DNA of 64,000 nucleotides from TPA_inf: Saccharomyces (taxonomy: Eukaryota): the NCBI GenBank assembly GCA_000146045.2, contig BK006936.2, forward strand, positions 749,185 to 813,184. Reading direction: 5' to 3'. The position numbers and the translations under genes were made by a program. Shown one piece after another: positions 11,110 through 22,054 of this stretch (the first letter of the stretch is position 1; the number at the start of each line of letters is the position of its first letter). The notes below the pieces were generated by a model. The model ran no database searches and was not told where the DNA came from. It saw only the letters and a program-made list of their open reading frames with translations.

Positions 11110-11715
11110 ATGTCCAACTTAGTTAAAGAAAAAGCACCTGTCTTTCCTATATCTAAAGTAAAGAAGATTGCCAAATGCGACCCCGAATACGTAATTACAT
11201 CTAATGTAGCTATATCAGCGACCGCATTCGCTGCTGAGTTATTTGTACAGAATCTCGTCGAAGAATCGCTGGTCTTAGCACAACTGAATTCGAAAGGAAA
11301 GACAAGCCTACGATTAAGCCTAAATTCTATAGAAGAATGTGTCGAAAAAAGAGATAATTTCAGGTTTCTAGAGGATGCCATTAAACAACTGAAGAAGAAT
11401 AGCGCACTCGACAAGAAGAGAGAACTAAACATGCAACCGGGTCGGAGCGATCAAGAGGTTGTTATAGAAGAGCCTGAATTGCATGAGGATGATGGTGTAG
11501 AGGAAGAAGAAGAAGAAGACGAGGTATCCGAAGAAGAAGAGCCCGTACACAATGAAGAACTTCTTGATGATAGTAAAGATCAACAAAATGATAAATCCAC
11601 GCGCAGTGTGGCAAGCTTGCTGTCGAGATTCCAGTATAAATCCGCACTAGACGTAGGAGAACACTCCGACTCTTCTGATATCGAAGTTGACCATACGAAA
11701 AGCACCGATCCTTAG
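11110..11715 (+). CDS. DPB3: DNA polymerase epsilon third subunit (histone-fold protein with acidic tail), 201 aa
   Basis: ATG at 11110. Histone-fold N-terminal region plus a D/E-rich C-terminal tail. Length matches YBR278W. Confidence 0.85.
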   Translation: MSNLVKEKAPVFPISKVKKIAKCDPEYVITSNVAISATAFAAELFVQNLVEESLVLAQLNSKGKTSLRLSLNSIEECVEKRDNFRFLEDAIKQLKKNSALDKKRELNMQPGRSDQEVVIEEPELHEDDGVEEEEEEDEVSEEEEPVHNEELLDDSKDQQNDKSTRSVASLLSRFQYKSALDVGEHSDSSDIEVDHTKSTDP

Positions 11716-12072
11716 TGTTGTTGCTATTATTGCTATGTAATTACTATTCGATGCAATATGTTATACATATACATACACGCAATGAGAACCCTAACCTTGA
11801 ACTTACTATTTTAAAAGGACATCTCGAAAAAGCTTAGGGATAATTAATATTTTGTAGGTTAGAGCTGTTATGTAGGGAAGAAAAACAAGGGCTTTAAAAT
11901 AATAATCACATTACACGAATAACTTAATTTGTCTTTCTGAAATGGAAAAAGAAAAAAATGACGACTGTAACATTGGATGAATTAATACTGTCATTATTGA
12001 TACGTTGTTAATTATAGACAGAAATGTATTCAGTACAATAGAACAGTGCTCATAATAGTATAAAGGGTCACA

Positions 12073-13410
12073 ATGTCCAAAAAACAGGAATATATTGCAC
12101 CAATAAAATACCAAAACAGCTTGCCTGTGCCACAATTACCTCCTAAACTTCTGGTTTACCCCGAGTCTCCGGAGACGAATGCAGACTCCTCCCAACTAAT
12201 CAATTCACTATACATCAAAACAAACGTCACTAATCTAATTCAACAGGATGAAGATTTAGGTATGCCGGTTGATTTGATGAAATTCCCAGGCCTATTGAAC
12301 AAATTAGATTCTAAACTGCTTTACGGCTTTGATAATGTGAAATTGGACAAAGATGATCGAATTTTACTGAGGGACCCTAGAATAGATAGACTGACCAAGA
12401 CTGATATATCAAAGGTTACCTTCTTGAGACGCACCGAATATGTCTCCAATACAATTGCAGCCCATGATAACACATCGTTGAAAAGGAAAAGGCGCTTGGA
12501 TGATGGAGATTCGGATGATGAAAACCTTGATGTTAATCATATAATTAGTAGGGTCGAAGGAACATTCAATAAGACGGACAAATGGCAACATCCGGTGAAG
12601 AAGGGTGTCAAGATGGTTAAAAAATGGGACCTATTGCCCGACACAGCTTCAATGGACCAGGTGTATTTTATCCTAAAATTCATGGGCAGTGCATCATTGG
12701 ATACTAAAGAAAAAAAATCTTTAAATACAGGAATTTTCAGGCCAGTGGAACTGGAAGAAGACGAATGGATTTCCATGTATGCCACAGATCATAAGGACTC
12801 TGCCATTCTGGAAAACGAATTGGAAAAGGGTATGGATGAAATGGATGATGACTCTCATGAAGGTAAAATATACAAGTTTAAAAGGATAAGAGACTACGAC
12901 ATGAAACAAGTGGCTGAAAAGCCAATGACAGAGTTAGCTATACGTTTGAATGATAAGGACGGCATAGCTTACTACAAACCCCTACGTTCAAAGATCGAAT
13001 TAAGACGTAGGAGAGTAAACGACATCATTAAACCTTTGGTGAAGGAGCACGATATAGACCAACTTAATGTTACTTTGAGAAACCCTAGCACTAAGGAAGC
13101 TAACATAAGGGACAAGTTAAGAATGAAGTTTGACCCCATAAATTTCGCCACTGTAGATGAAGAAGACGATGAAGACGAGGAGCAACCAGAAGACGTTAAG
13201 AAAGAATCGGAAGGCGATTCAAAAACAGAAGGTTCTGAGCAAGAAGGAGAAAATGAGAAGGATGAAGAAATCAAACAGGAAAAAGAGAATGAACAAGATG
13301 AAGAAAATAAACAAGATGAAAACCGTGCAGCTGATACGCCCGAAACTTCAGATGCTGTTCATACTGAACAAAAACCAGAGGAAGAAAAGGAAACTTTACA
13401 AGAAGAATAG
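12073..13410 (+). CDS. PAF1: RNA polymerase II-associated Paf1 complex subunit, 445 aa
   Basis: ATG at 12073. 445 aa with a strongly acidic/lysine-rich C-terminus. Matches YBR279W. Confidence 0.85.
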   Translation: MSKKQEYIAPIKYQNSLPVPQLPPKLLVYPESPETNADSSQLINSLYIKTNVTNLIQQDEDLGMPVDLMKFPGLLNKLDSKLLYGFDNVKLDKDDRILLRDPRIDRLTKTDISKVTFLRRTEYVSNTIAAHDNTSLKRKRRLDDGDSDDENLDVNHIISRVEGTFNKTDKWQHPVKKGVKMVKKWDLLPDTASMDQVYFILKFMGSASLDTKEKKSLNTGIFRPVELEEDEWISMYATDHKDSAILENELEKGMDEMDDDSHEGKIYKFKRIRDYDMKQVAEKPMTELAIRLNDKDGIAYYKPLRSKIELRRRRVNDIIKPLVKEHDIDQLNVTLRNPSTKEANIRDKLRMKFDPINFATVDEEDDEDEEQPEDVKKESEGDSKTEGSEQEGENEKDEEIKQEKENEQDEENKQDENRAADTPETSDAVHTEQKPEEEKETLQEE

Positions 13411-13599
13411 AATATTGAGAAGTGAAGGGAGATTGATTTTAAACCTGTAGTTCTTTTTACATTTGTTTGGAAATAAAAAAACCAAAGTAAATATTATAAA
13501 TATGTATTAATAAAATATGCATTACCTCAATGTAGAAGAAAAAGATAGTGAGCACCCAAACGGAATCCAAAATGCAAAATCGAAATGACACCTAAAAAT

Positions 13600-15513
13600 T
13601 CAATGCTTCTTGATGATTAATGCACCGGTTTGCCAGCCACCAGCAGTTACACTGACACAAATATAATCTTCAGGTAGTTCTATTTTCGTGGGCTTAACGA
13701 CCCTAATGTTTCTTTGCCCTTCCCAATTGCCAATATGTAGCTCGTTAACTATTTTTTCAGAAGGGCCCAATCCTAAGCACCCACAATCCTGACTTTCAAT
13801 ACCCCATGAATACAAATGACCGCGTTCGGTTAGTGCCACCGTGTGATAGTCACCACTTGCAACGGAGATAACATTTTCATTGATGTCTAGCTCCGTTAAA
13901 CTATCTTTATCGACATCTCCATTTGTTACTTTCAAAGTATAACAGTGAGTATCGGTGAAGAGGACTAATGAAGCAAAACAGGCGTTAATTTTGCACAGTT
14001 TTCCGACAATATTTAAATCTACTATCTGGTTCAGTCCATTGTGGTACTTCCATAGTTTATCGCCGTTGTTATTAATGAAGAAAACGCAGTTATCTTGTAA
14101 ACATGCAAAGTCGACAATCCTGGAGTCTCCATTAACATCATTCGTATTCGGGACAATCTCGTATTTTGCAAAAGCAAAGCTCTCGCCCTTTTGAATAGCA
14201 TCTCTTTCTTTCCATGCAACCAACCCGACCTTATATATATAGCAACAATTGAAATTCCAACCACTAGCAATTTTCAAAATAGGATTCGTAGCACGACTAG
14301 GTAGGTTAGCAAACTCAATTTTGACACCTTGGTCAGATTCCGTTGAGTCCCAAGAATAAATATTGTTATCTGTATCCATTGCTAGGAAATGACTTCTCCC
14401 AGAGCTTACCGCGACAAATTGAATATCATTAAATGATCCTAAATTTTCATCCCTACCACTATATAATGGGAAAGAATTTCTTGCGAACATTCTCCTGATA
14501 TGATTATTTCCTGGTACAGCCTTGTTAGCACTTCGTTCCAGCATTTCTATCTGGCTGTAAATATTCTCATGCGGCCCCATTGAAGGCATTGTAGTTCTAG
14601 GGACACCACTATGGCTCCCTCCGGGAGAGGCTGCAGGCGCACCTCCGCTATCTATGGTAATATGCTGAGCTGTAGTTGCATTTCCTGGTTCATAAGCAGT
14701 AGATGGATGGCTACCGCTCATTCTCCTTCCAGAAAATGTACCCGTGGTATTGACAGTACTCCCATTACTGCGGCTAGTGATCCGCGGATACGATCTTTCC
14801 ATATTGTGAATCATTTCTCTGAAGGGATTATAATCATGCTGTGAACCACTGGGACCTGGTCCTTTTAACCCTCCAGAAAAAGTGGATCCGCTGCTGTAAA
14901 GGTTACCTGACTCAGTCAATATTTGGAAAGAAAAACCACCACTAGATACTTGAGCTATGATTTCGTCTCCATCCTTCTTGATGGCGCTTAACGGGTCCTC
15001 TGAAGGAGTGAAGTTACTAGTTCTAGATGTTGTCCTACTGTTAAACCAAGGAACTTCAGTGGGGGTATTGACACCATATTTGAACCGCGGACTTGGCCCG
15101 TTTAGTGAAGTGGCGACAAGTTCATTATTGGAACTCGCGGTATAGCCCAACCTTCCATGCTTTAAATAACCCCAACTATAAAACTTTGCATCATATGCCC
15201 GTAATTGGTATACTTCCTGCCATGACAAGGTGGGGAATGCTTCTCTTAAAATCGTCTCTGTGCAGGTCTTAAATTCCGCCGAATTTCGACCCTGGAAAGG
15301 CTCGTCATTTGTCTTTAATGTCCCAAATGCCTTATGAAATAGTTCATGCCACAAAATTTTAGAGTGGTCAAAATCTAGTAATGTATTATAATACTTATTT
15401 GTCTGCGAGAGGTTCTTAATATCATCACTGCTTAAAAATGGTAGCGTAGCTTGAACGATATCTGGGGACAATCCTGCGTCAGGCTCCTTTTCTCTGCTCT
15501 CAACTTCACTCAT
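13600..15513 (-). CDS. SAF1: F-box protein with RCC1-like repeats (SCF substrate adaptor), 637 aa
   Basis: Track ORF is 642 aa. The second ATG (complement 15511-15513, MSEVESRE) gives 637 aa, matching YBR280C. Confidence 0.8.
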   Translation of the reverse strand: MSEVESREKEPDAGLSPDIVQATLPFLSSDDIKNLSQTNKYYNTLLDFDHSKILWHELFHKAFGTLKTNDEPFQGRNSAEFKTCTETILREAFPTLSWQEVYQLRAYDAKFYSWGYLKHGRLGYTASSNNELVATSLNGPSPRFKYGVNTPTEVPWFNSRTTSRTSNFTPSEDPLSAIKKDGDEIIAQVSSGGFSFQILTESGNLYSSGSTFSGGLKGPGPSGSQHDYNPFREMIHNMERSYPRITSRSNGSTVNTTGTFSGRRMSGSHPSTAYEPGNATTAQHITIDSGGAPAASPGGSHSGVPRTTMPSMGPHENIYSQIEMLERSANKAVPGNNHIRRMFARNSFPLYSGRDENLGSFNDIQFVAVSSGRSHFLAMDTDNNIYSWDSTESDQGVKIEFANLPSRATNPILKIASGWNFNCCYIYKVGLVAWKERDAIQKGESFAFAKYEIVPNTNDVNGDSRIVDFACLQDNCVFFINNNGDKLWKYHNGLNQIVDLNIVGKLCKINACFASLVLFTDTHCYTLKVTNGDVDKDSLTELDINENVISVASGDYHTVALTERGHLYSWGIESQDCGCLGLGPSEKIVNELHIGNWEGQRNIRVVKPTKIELPEDYICVSVTAGGWQTGALIIKKH

Positions 15514-15785
15514 GATGTGCTTTTCCATTTATAATTGAGAGTATATCCTTTGGACAATAAAACTATACTCCAAAAAAGGGGTTGGAGCTTTTATACGCCT
15601 TTATCCATTAATCATCCGTTTGCTCAATAAAAGGGTCTCGGCGAGGCGCCCGGAAGAATCATCTAGCAATACCTTCAAAATAATACGGACATTAAATACA
15701 AATTAACTAATTATCATTAGGTAGAGGCCTACATATGCAAATTGGGTATATATTAAGCACTTTAAAATCAATTGTTTGTAGTTGT

Positions 15786-18422
15786 TTATAACCTATTGAA
15801 TACTTTAGACAAAATCTCAGTCAAATTAGACCAATTTTTGATTCTGAGATTTTCGTTGGCTAAATGGCCATTGTCAGTGGATTGGCCACATGGTATTTGA
15901 ACAGCTGGCGCGTCGAATATTCTTTCCAACATTCTCAAACATGAAATAGAACCTCCTTCTCTTACTAGCAATGGTTCTACGTCCCATGCAGTAGTAATTT
16001 CGTCCTTTAATATTTGGTATGCATGATTTGTTGGGTCACCCAACCAACCTTCTGCTTCGTTTAAAACTTTAATTTCTAGATGATTTTGAGATTTCAATTG
16101 CTTGAAACTTTCTTCTAAATACGCTTTGAGATCTCTCTTGACTTGTTCTACACTTTGCTCAGGTACTAACCTGATGGAGATACCCATGGTGACACTTTTT
16201 GGAATAACTGTTATGTTACCAGGACCGCTAAACTTGACTGTTGTCATAGACAAGGAAGGCTTAGTCCAGTTGGTAATTAAATCTTGAACAGTAGTATTTT
16301 CGTCGATATTTGCAAGCTCGGTAATTTTCTGAAACCTTTGATATTCTTCTTCAGTCAGATCTTTCAATGGTGAATAAAAATTTGGAATCATAATTTCATT
16401 TTGTTCGTTTTGTAGTTTGGACACGATTTTCACTAAATTAACCATAGGTTCATCATAAACACCACCGTTAAGACCAGAATGTCCGTCAGGCTTATCGCTC
16501 CAGACTTTTATTTGGGCATTAATAACACCTCTCAATCCATAATTCAAGCATGGATGTTCTTGATCAACCCAAGTAGAATTACTTAATAAAATCCAGTCAA
16601 TATCTTTTCCAATAATATCATGGTACTTTTCACAAACTTGCTTCAAACTAGCAGATCCGATTTCTTCACTTCCTTCCACCAAAAATACGACATCGTTCAC
16701 CAATTCTCCCTGTTGAAACAAATACGCCACACTATGAATAGCGCTCACCAATGGCCCTTTATTATCTGATACTCCTCGACCTTTTAAGTATCCGTTTTCA
16801 CAAGTTAAAGTAAATGGGTCGGTATTCCAGTTGAAAGTATTTCCAGACGATATAACGTCATAATGCCCATACCATAGAATACGCTTTTTCTTGGCACCCT
16901 TCACCTGTGAAACTTTCCCATTCCCTTGAAAATATGCGAATACAACAGGATTACCACCATCAGGCAATGGAAATAATTGGGAGTTTGTAGCTCCAAACTT
17001 CAAGAATAATTGTTGCAGGTAGATTGCACAACGCCTTAATGACAAAGTATTAGTAGTGTCTTTGCTTTGAGACACTGTCTGGAAAGAAATAAGTTCTCTC
17101 AGTGTGTTTAACATCTCCTCGTTATTTAGAGAGGCAGATTGATAGGCGGCCCATAAATTGGTGGTTTGTAATGTAGATGATGCATTGATGGGTGAGTTGC
17201 TTGACAGAGGCACCGCAGATAATAATGAGGTTATATCCCAGAGAGTCAATGACCCATCGCTACCACCCGTTAATAAACTAACAGATCCAGCATTTGATTT
17301 ACTGAAAATCTCTGAGCTTAATATTTTTCCTTGTTGAGGGTTCCAATGGTTAACTTGGTTCTGGTAAAAATGCGTGATGCCTGATTCATCAATGGCAAAT
17401 ACATGGTCCATATAAACTGATATTGAAATGACGTCCGATTCATGCTTTGTTTTCAGAGTTGAGATTATTTGCTGAGTATTTAAGTCCCAGATTTTTATAA
17501 TCCCGTCAGTCAACCCGCAATATAAAAATGGGAACTCAATAGTTTGGGATATGACGCTATCTTCATTGTCGATTTTATCGTTTATCAAGGAGATTTTAAC
17601 AGTGTTTTGCCCTTTATCTTTAGAGAACTCCCAAAGCTTGCTTATTCCATCACCAGCGGATGAAATTATGTGCTCTGCACCAGAAGTTCGTGAGCTTTTT
17701 TCCAATAACTGATTAAACCTGGGACACAATTTATTAATAGAATAAATAAACCCATAATGTGCATATTTAATAATGTTTTCGGAGGGAACCTCTATGATGG
17801 CAGCGCCACAGTTTTCTTGTAGAGAGGTCAATGAAGTTTGAGATAATGAATTTGAACTATATCCAGTCGGACCTAACGAATCAAAGAACTTATCATATCT
17901 TCTATGCGGTAATTTATTGATATTTTCTACTCCATCAGAGGATTTTTTTTCAATCTTCTGAATCAAGTTCTCAACATATAGTAAGCTTGCATTTTGACAG
18001 CCAAAGACAATAGTTTCCAACGAATCCAAATATGCCAATGAGAAAATATCACCAATATCGGTCACTGAGTAAACAGTGGCTATTTCAGTAACAGGTAGAA
18101 AGTCATCTCTAATGGTCTTTTCGCCAATGGACCAAATTCTCACCAAAGAATCTGCGCCGCCTGAAAATAAAAAGTTTTCATCTTCTGATCCTGTCAAGCA
18201 CAAAACCGAAGATCTGGTATGCGTTTCCTCTTGTGATTCGCCTAGTCTAATCGTATGTATTAGATTATATGTGGGAAGATCAAAAACCAATATCTTGGAG
18301 TCTTGGCTACCAGCAAACAACAATCTTTTTTTTGGAAATGCAACAATGGATAAGATGGAAAAAGCGTGATTCCACCTATGAATTAGTTCAGAGTGCAATG
18401 CGACACCCCTGCTATCGTACAT
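15786..18422 (-). CDS. DUG2: Glutathione-degradation (Dug) complex subunit with WD40 N-terminal half and M20-family metallopeptidase C-terminal half, 878 aa
   Basis: Track start 18455 is a GTG. The first ATG (complement 18420-18422, MYDSRG) gives 878 aa. WD-repeat and peptidase-M20-like regions are visible. Confidence 0.85.
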   Translation of the reverse strand: MYDSRGVALHSELIHRWNHAFSILSIVAFPKKRLLFAGSQDSKILVFDLPTYNLIHTIRLGESQEETHTRSSVLCLTGSEDENFLFSGGADSLVRIWSIGEKTIRDDFLPVTEIATVYSVTDIGDIFSLAYLDSLETIVFGCQNASLLYVENLIQKIEKKSSDGVENINKLPHRRYDKFFDSLGPTGYSSNSLSQTSLTSLQENCGAAIIEVPSENIIKYAHYGFIYSINKLCPRFNQLLEKSSRTSGAEHIISSAGDGISKLWEFSKDKGQNTVKISLINDKIDNEDSVISQTIEFPFLYCGLTDGIIKIWDLNTQQIISTLKTKHESDVISISVYMDHVFAIDESGITHFYQNQVNHWNPQQGKILSSEIFSKSNAGSVSLLTGGSDGSLTLWDITSLLSAVPLSSNSPINASSTLQTTNLWAAYQSASLNNEEMLNTLRELISFQTVSQSKDTTNTLSLRRCAIYLQQLFLKFGATNSQLFPLPDGGNPVVFAYFQGNGKVSQVKGAKKKRILWYGHYDVISSGNTFNWNTDPFTLTCENGYLKGRGVSDNKGPLVSAIHSVAYLFQQGELVNDVVFLVEGSEEIGSASLKQVCEKYHDIIGKDIDWILLSNSTWVDQEHPCLNYGLRGVINAQIKVWSDKPDGHSGLNGGVYDEPMVNLVKIVSKLQNEQNEIMIPNFYSPLKDLTEEEYQRFQKITELANIDENTTVQDLITNWTKPSLSMTTVKFSGPGNITVIPKSVTMGISIRLVPEQSVEQVKRDLKAYLEESFKQLKSQNHLEIKVLNEAEGWLGDPTNHAYQILKDEITTAWDVEPLLVREGGSISCLRMLERIFDAPAVQIPCGQSTDNGHLANENLRIKNWSNLTEILSKVFNRL

Positions 18423-19037
18423 GATTTCACAATTACTTCTGCCCTCGTTTTTCACTTTTCCTTACAGGGTTGTTCGGTTTCTCGAAATAGTTTTTCACTT
18501 AAATAATTCAGTTACACACATTTTATTGATATTGGTGCCACAGCTTTTCGCGGCGCACAATGCGATTATCACTCAAGTTTATGGTAAAGTCGGTATTCCC
18601 TCTCATGAGAAAAAAAAAAAAAGATACCATCTTCATTGAACTTCTAATTGCAGCAGTAATTGTGAGCAATGCTCAAGAGCTTCCTTACCATATAACAAAA
18701 CATCGAAATCAGAGGATCATTCTAGATCAAAGTGAAATGCCCTTAACTATGAAAAGGAATACGAAAATAGCTGTGAAGTGTTATTATAATTATTAACAAG
18801 GTTAGTAATCTTTAAACAGAGCCTAATACTTGCGGGAAGGACTTTCAATGTTGCTTCACTGCAGCTTGTTGGCGGCTATTTGATGATGATTTTCTTGAGA
18901 TACATAATTATTATTATCACGTTTCACGGATTATTTTTGAAAAGCTAGAATTAATACAAAAGATAGGACTATTGAAGTAGTATACACCAATTTTTGCTTA
19001 AAAAAACTACGGGAATCAAAGATTACCTTGAAAGTGA

Positions 19038-19496
<459 letters not shown>

Positions 19497-19758
19497 GTTA
19501 TTTATAATCTTTCTTCAATATGCGTGTAAATACTAGTTTTCGACTTTATAGGTAGATAAAAAATAAAACTTAAGATTGTAAAACAAAATCAAATAAAACA
19601 TGGCTTAGACATTGCACCATATGTCATCTTTCTTTGAGTTAAATATAGATACATATAAATCTAAAAGAAGAGCAAAAAGTTCGTACGTATATAAATGCGC
19701 GTAGCAGAGAGAATTTGATCTTCTTTTTTGTTTTCCTTCTTTTTTTTCTTTTCTTTGT

Positions 19759-21231
19759 TTACATAGCACCTGGAACACCCAAGACTTGATTCAAAGCACT
19801 TTGACCGCCACTTTGTTGGTATTCAATGGTAATGACTTCTAGCAAAGAAAACCCACCAGCAATGCCAACAACTATACCAGCAGCTTTACCTTTCAAACCC
19901 AAAGATTCACCGATAACGGTGATCAAACTTAAGACGGATGCACCCGTAACAGCTGCGATTGGAATGACTTTGTTCAATTCTTTAGCGACATTCTGTTCTC
20001 TGCGTCCCATCAAAGTGATACCTTGGTCTTTGAATTCCAAGGCTACATCACGAGCAGAGGAACCTGAAATAGCCTGCCACTTATCAGCAAACCAAATACC
20101 AGTAACCAATATAAAGGCGGAATAGGTGATGAAGGTTAAAGGTTGTTGAGTGACACCTTTGAAGAAAGATGTTGGTGGAGCCAAAAGAGATAATGGGAAG
20201 GTTGGGACTGCTAAAAGATTATTAGCATTCTCATAGTGGCCCATTATTTTGCAGATGATGTGAGTTGGTTCATTCTTGGCAACCAATTGAATTAAAACGA
20301 AAGCAAAAATGTGGATGTAGAACAAGATGGTGTAAGAAAACAAAACAGATAAACAGCCAGTGTATAGTAGCTTAATTGGGTAAACATTGTTTGTACCACG
20401 GGCTCTTGTTGATCTGATTGGCAATTCTACACGGACACTTTGCAAATAGCACACAATAATGGCAATTGCCAAAACTATAATAGTAGTTGTCAAGTTTGGT
20501 AGATAGTCTCTGTTGAATGCAGAGATGATGCCGCCAATAAATGTCTTGTGCTTAGATCTTAAACCTTGAATCAAATTGATTAGGGCACCTTGGGCTTCGG
20601 TTTGGTCGTCCTCGCCAACTTTAATTTGAGAAACACCAAAAGTATCAGCCACCAAGTTAGTGGCGATTACCACAGTGTTGATTATCATAGCTCCAGAAGA
20701 AAATCCAAATCCTTTATCGATGACTTCAGCTAACAAAGTGGTGAATATGCCAGCACCGACCAATTGAAAGTTGATCAACCCGATCTGTACCACAGATAAA
20801 TCATCACCAAAATAACCTGCAAATATGAAAATGTTGGTCAAAATCACATACTGAACAATGGCAAAAACTTTTGTTAAGCTTTGAAATAATTCTCTATCAC
20901 TTTGGATCTTGAAATTAACTTTAATTACTTTCAAACCGGCTAATAATTGTAAGATTAACCCACTAGAAATGTTGGGAAAAAGGCCAAATTCTAGCAAGGT
21001 TCTTGGTTCACACCCAAATACACCTCTTAGAAAATAAATGGGGTCATTAACATTAGGTGTGGTAGCTTTGGGCAAACCAACAAGTGGGAATTGTGCAAAA
21101 AGGTAAATTAACCCTGCAAAAATAGTATAGACAATCTTGTCATCAAATGGTAATTTTTCAAAAGGTAACTCAACTTCCGGTAAAATCGGTAGGATAGGCT
21201 TAACGATATCAATTAGACGAAAACCAGACAT
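19759..21231 (-). CDS. SSH1: Sec61-homologous translocon subunit (Ssh1 complex), 490 aa
   Basis: ATG (complement 21229-21231). Ten-TM SecY/Sec61-like protein. Length matches YBR283C. Confidence 0.9.
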   Translation of the reverse strand: MSGFRLIDIVKPILPILPEVELPFEKLPFDDKIVYTIFAGLIYLFAQFPLVGLPKATTPNVNDPIYFLRGVFGCEPRTLLEFGLFPNISSGLILQLLAGLKVIKVNFKIQSDRELFQSLTKVFAIVQYVILTNIFIFAGYFGDDLSVVQIGLINFQLVGAGIFTTLLAEVIDKGFGFSSGAMIINTVVIATNLVADTFGVSQIKVGEDDQTEAQGALINLIQGLRSKHKTFIGGIISAFNRDYLPNLTTTIIVLAIAIIVCYLQSVRVELPIRSTRARGTNNVYPIKLLYTGCLSVLFSYTILFYIHIFAFVLIQLVAKNEPTHIICKIMGHYENANNLLAVPTFPLSLLAPPTSFFKGVTQQPLTFITYSAFILVTGIWFADKWQAISGSSARDVALEFKDQGITLMGRREQNVAKELNKVIPIAAVTGASVLSLITVIGESLGLKGKAAGIVVGIAGGFSLLEVITIEYQQSGGQSALNQVLGVPGAM

Positions 21232-22054
21232 ACTAAAACAATGGAGAGTGGCGGGGGCAAATGTGCTAAAAAATGCGTACGAGTAATGGATTCAATTCAA
21301 TAAAGCTATGAAAAACCACCCAACCCAAGCAAAGAAAAAAAAAAGAGCAAGCTTTTCTGCAGTGTATTCGATCTTACTTTTATTAACTTTTACTAATTCA
21401 ATGAAGGACCAAATGACATCTATCAAGACTGTGGTAGCTAGCGAACAAAGGATAACTATTTTGTCGGTGTAAAACAAACCCTGCTTCCGCTTTGCTCTCT
21501 ACCCGACATTTTTTTTTTCACTTTTTCAGCTCTTTTCTTTGCCACGAAAGCGTGTAAAGTGATACAGATCCTACCGTGTCTAATGATATCGTTAGCGCCC
21601 CTCTACATGGTTGCATTAAGTACAGACAGAGGAATGATTAAACCTAAGACGAGGATAGTCCTTATGCATTATGAAAAGCAATTCAGGGCAGTTGAAGTCA
21701 CATATATGGCTGCAAATCGAATATAACTTGTAATGTAGTTCAAAGTGGCCGGTAGCAATAAAAAGAAAGGTATCTCAACAACTTTATGTTTCACGTTATG
21801 AAAGAATATCGTTAACAGTCTCAACAGTGTCTGTTCTTATAATTTGGCATGAGTGTATGATGGTTGTTCTCTGTTGTTTCGGTACTATCAACGGTTATTA
21901 TCATTGGACGCAAAAATATCGTTGGCGGCTAAATACGGGGGTGGCAAAGAGTTTGCGCCCGCGTTCAGTGGATACAAACAGTATAAGTAGGACAGGCGAC
22001 ATCTTTAGTAAATAGTACAGGAAAAGGAGGACTTATCAGGGTATCACACAAACA

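Noticed and set aside
11031-11432. 133-aa minus-strand ORF (YBR277C-like) overlapping the 5' half of DPB3
   Set aside because: Fully antisense to a well-supported conserved gene. Low-complexity translation, so a classic dubious ORF.
13157-13450. 97-aa Lys/Arg-rich ORF on the plus strand at the PAF1 3' end
   Set aside because: An alternative frame of the PAF1 acidic GAA/GAT-rich tail. Composition artefact.
2172-18455. 5'-extended ORF-track models for RIF1 (1928 aa), SAF1 (642 aa), DUG2 (889 aa), plus YBR285W, APE3 and VBA2
   Set aside because: The track uses TTG/GTG as initiators. I verified non-ATG triplets at 7956-7958, 18453-18455, 24732-24734 and 37756-37758. I re-anchored each CDS to the first ATG that reproduces the expected protein.
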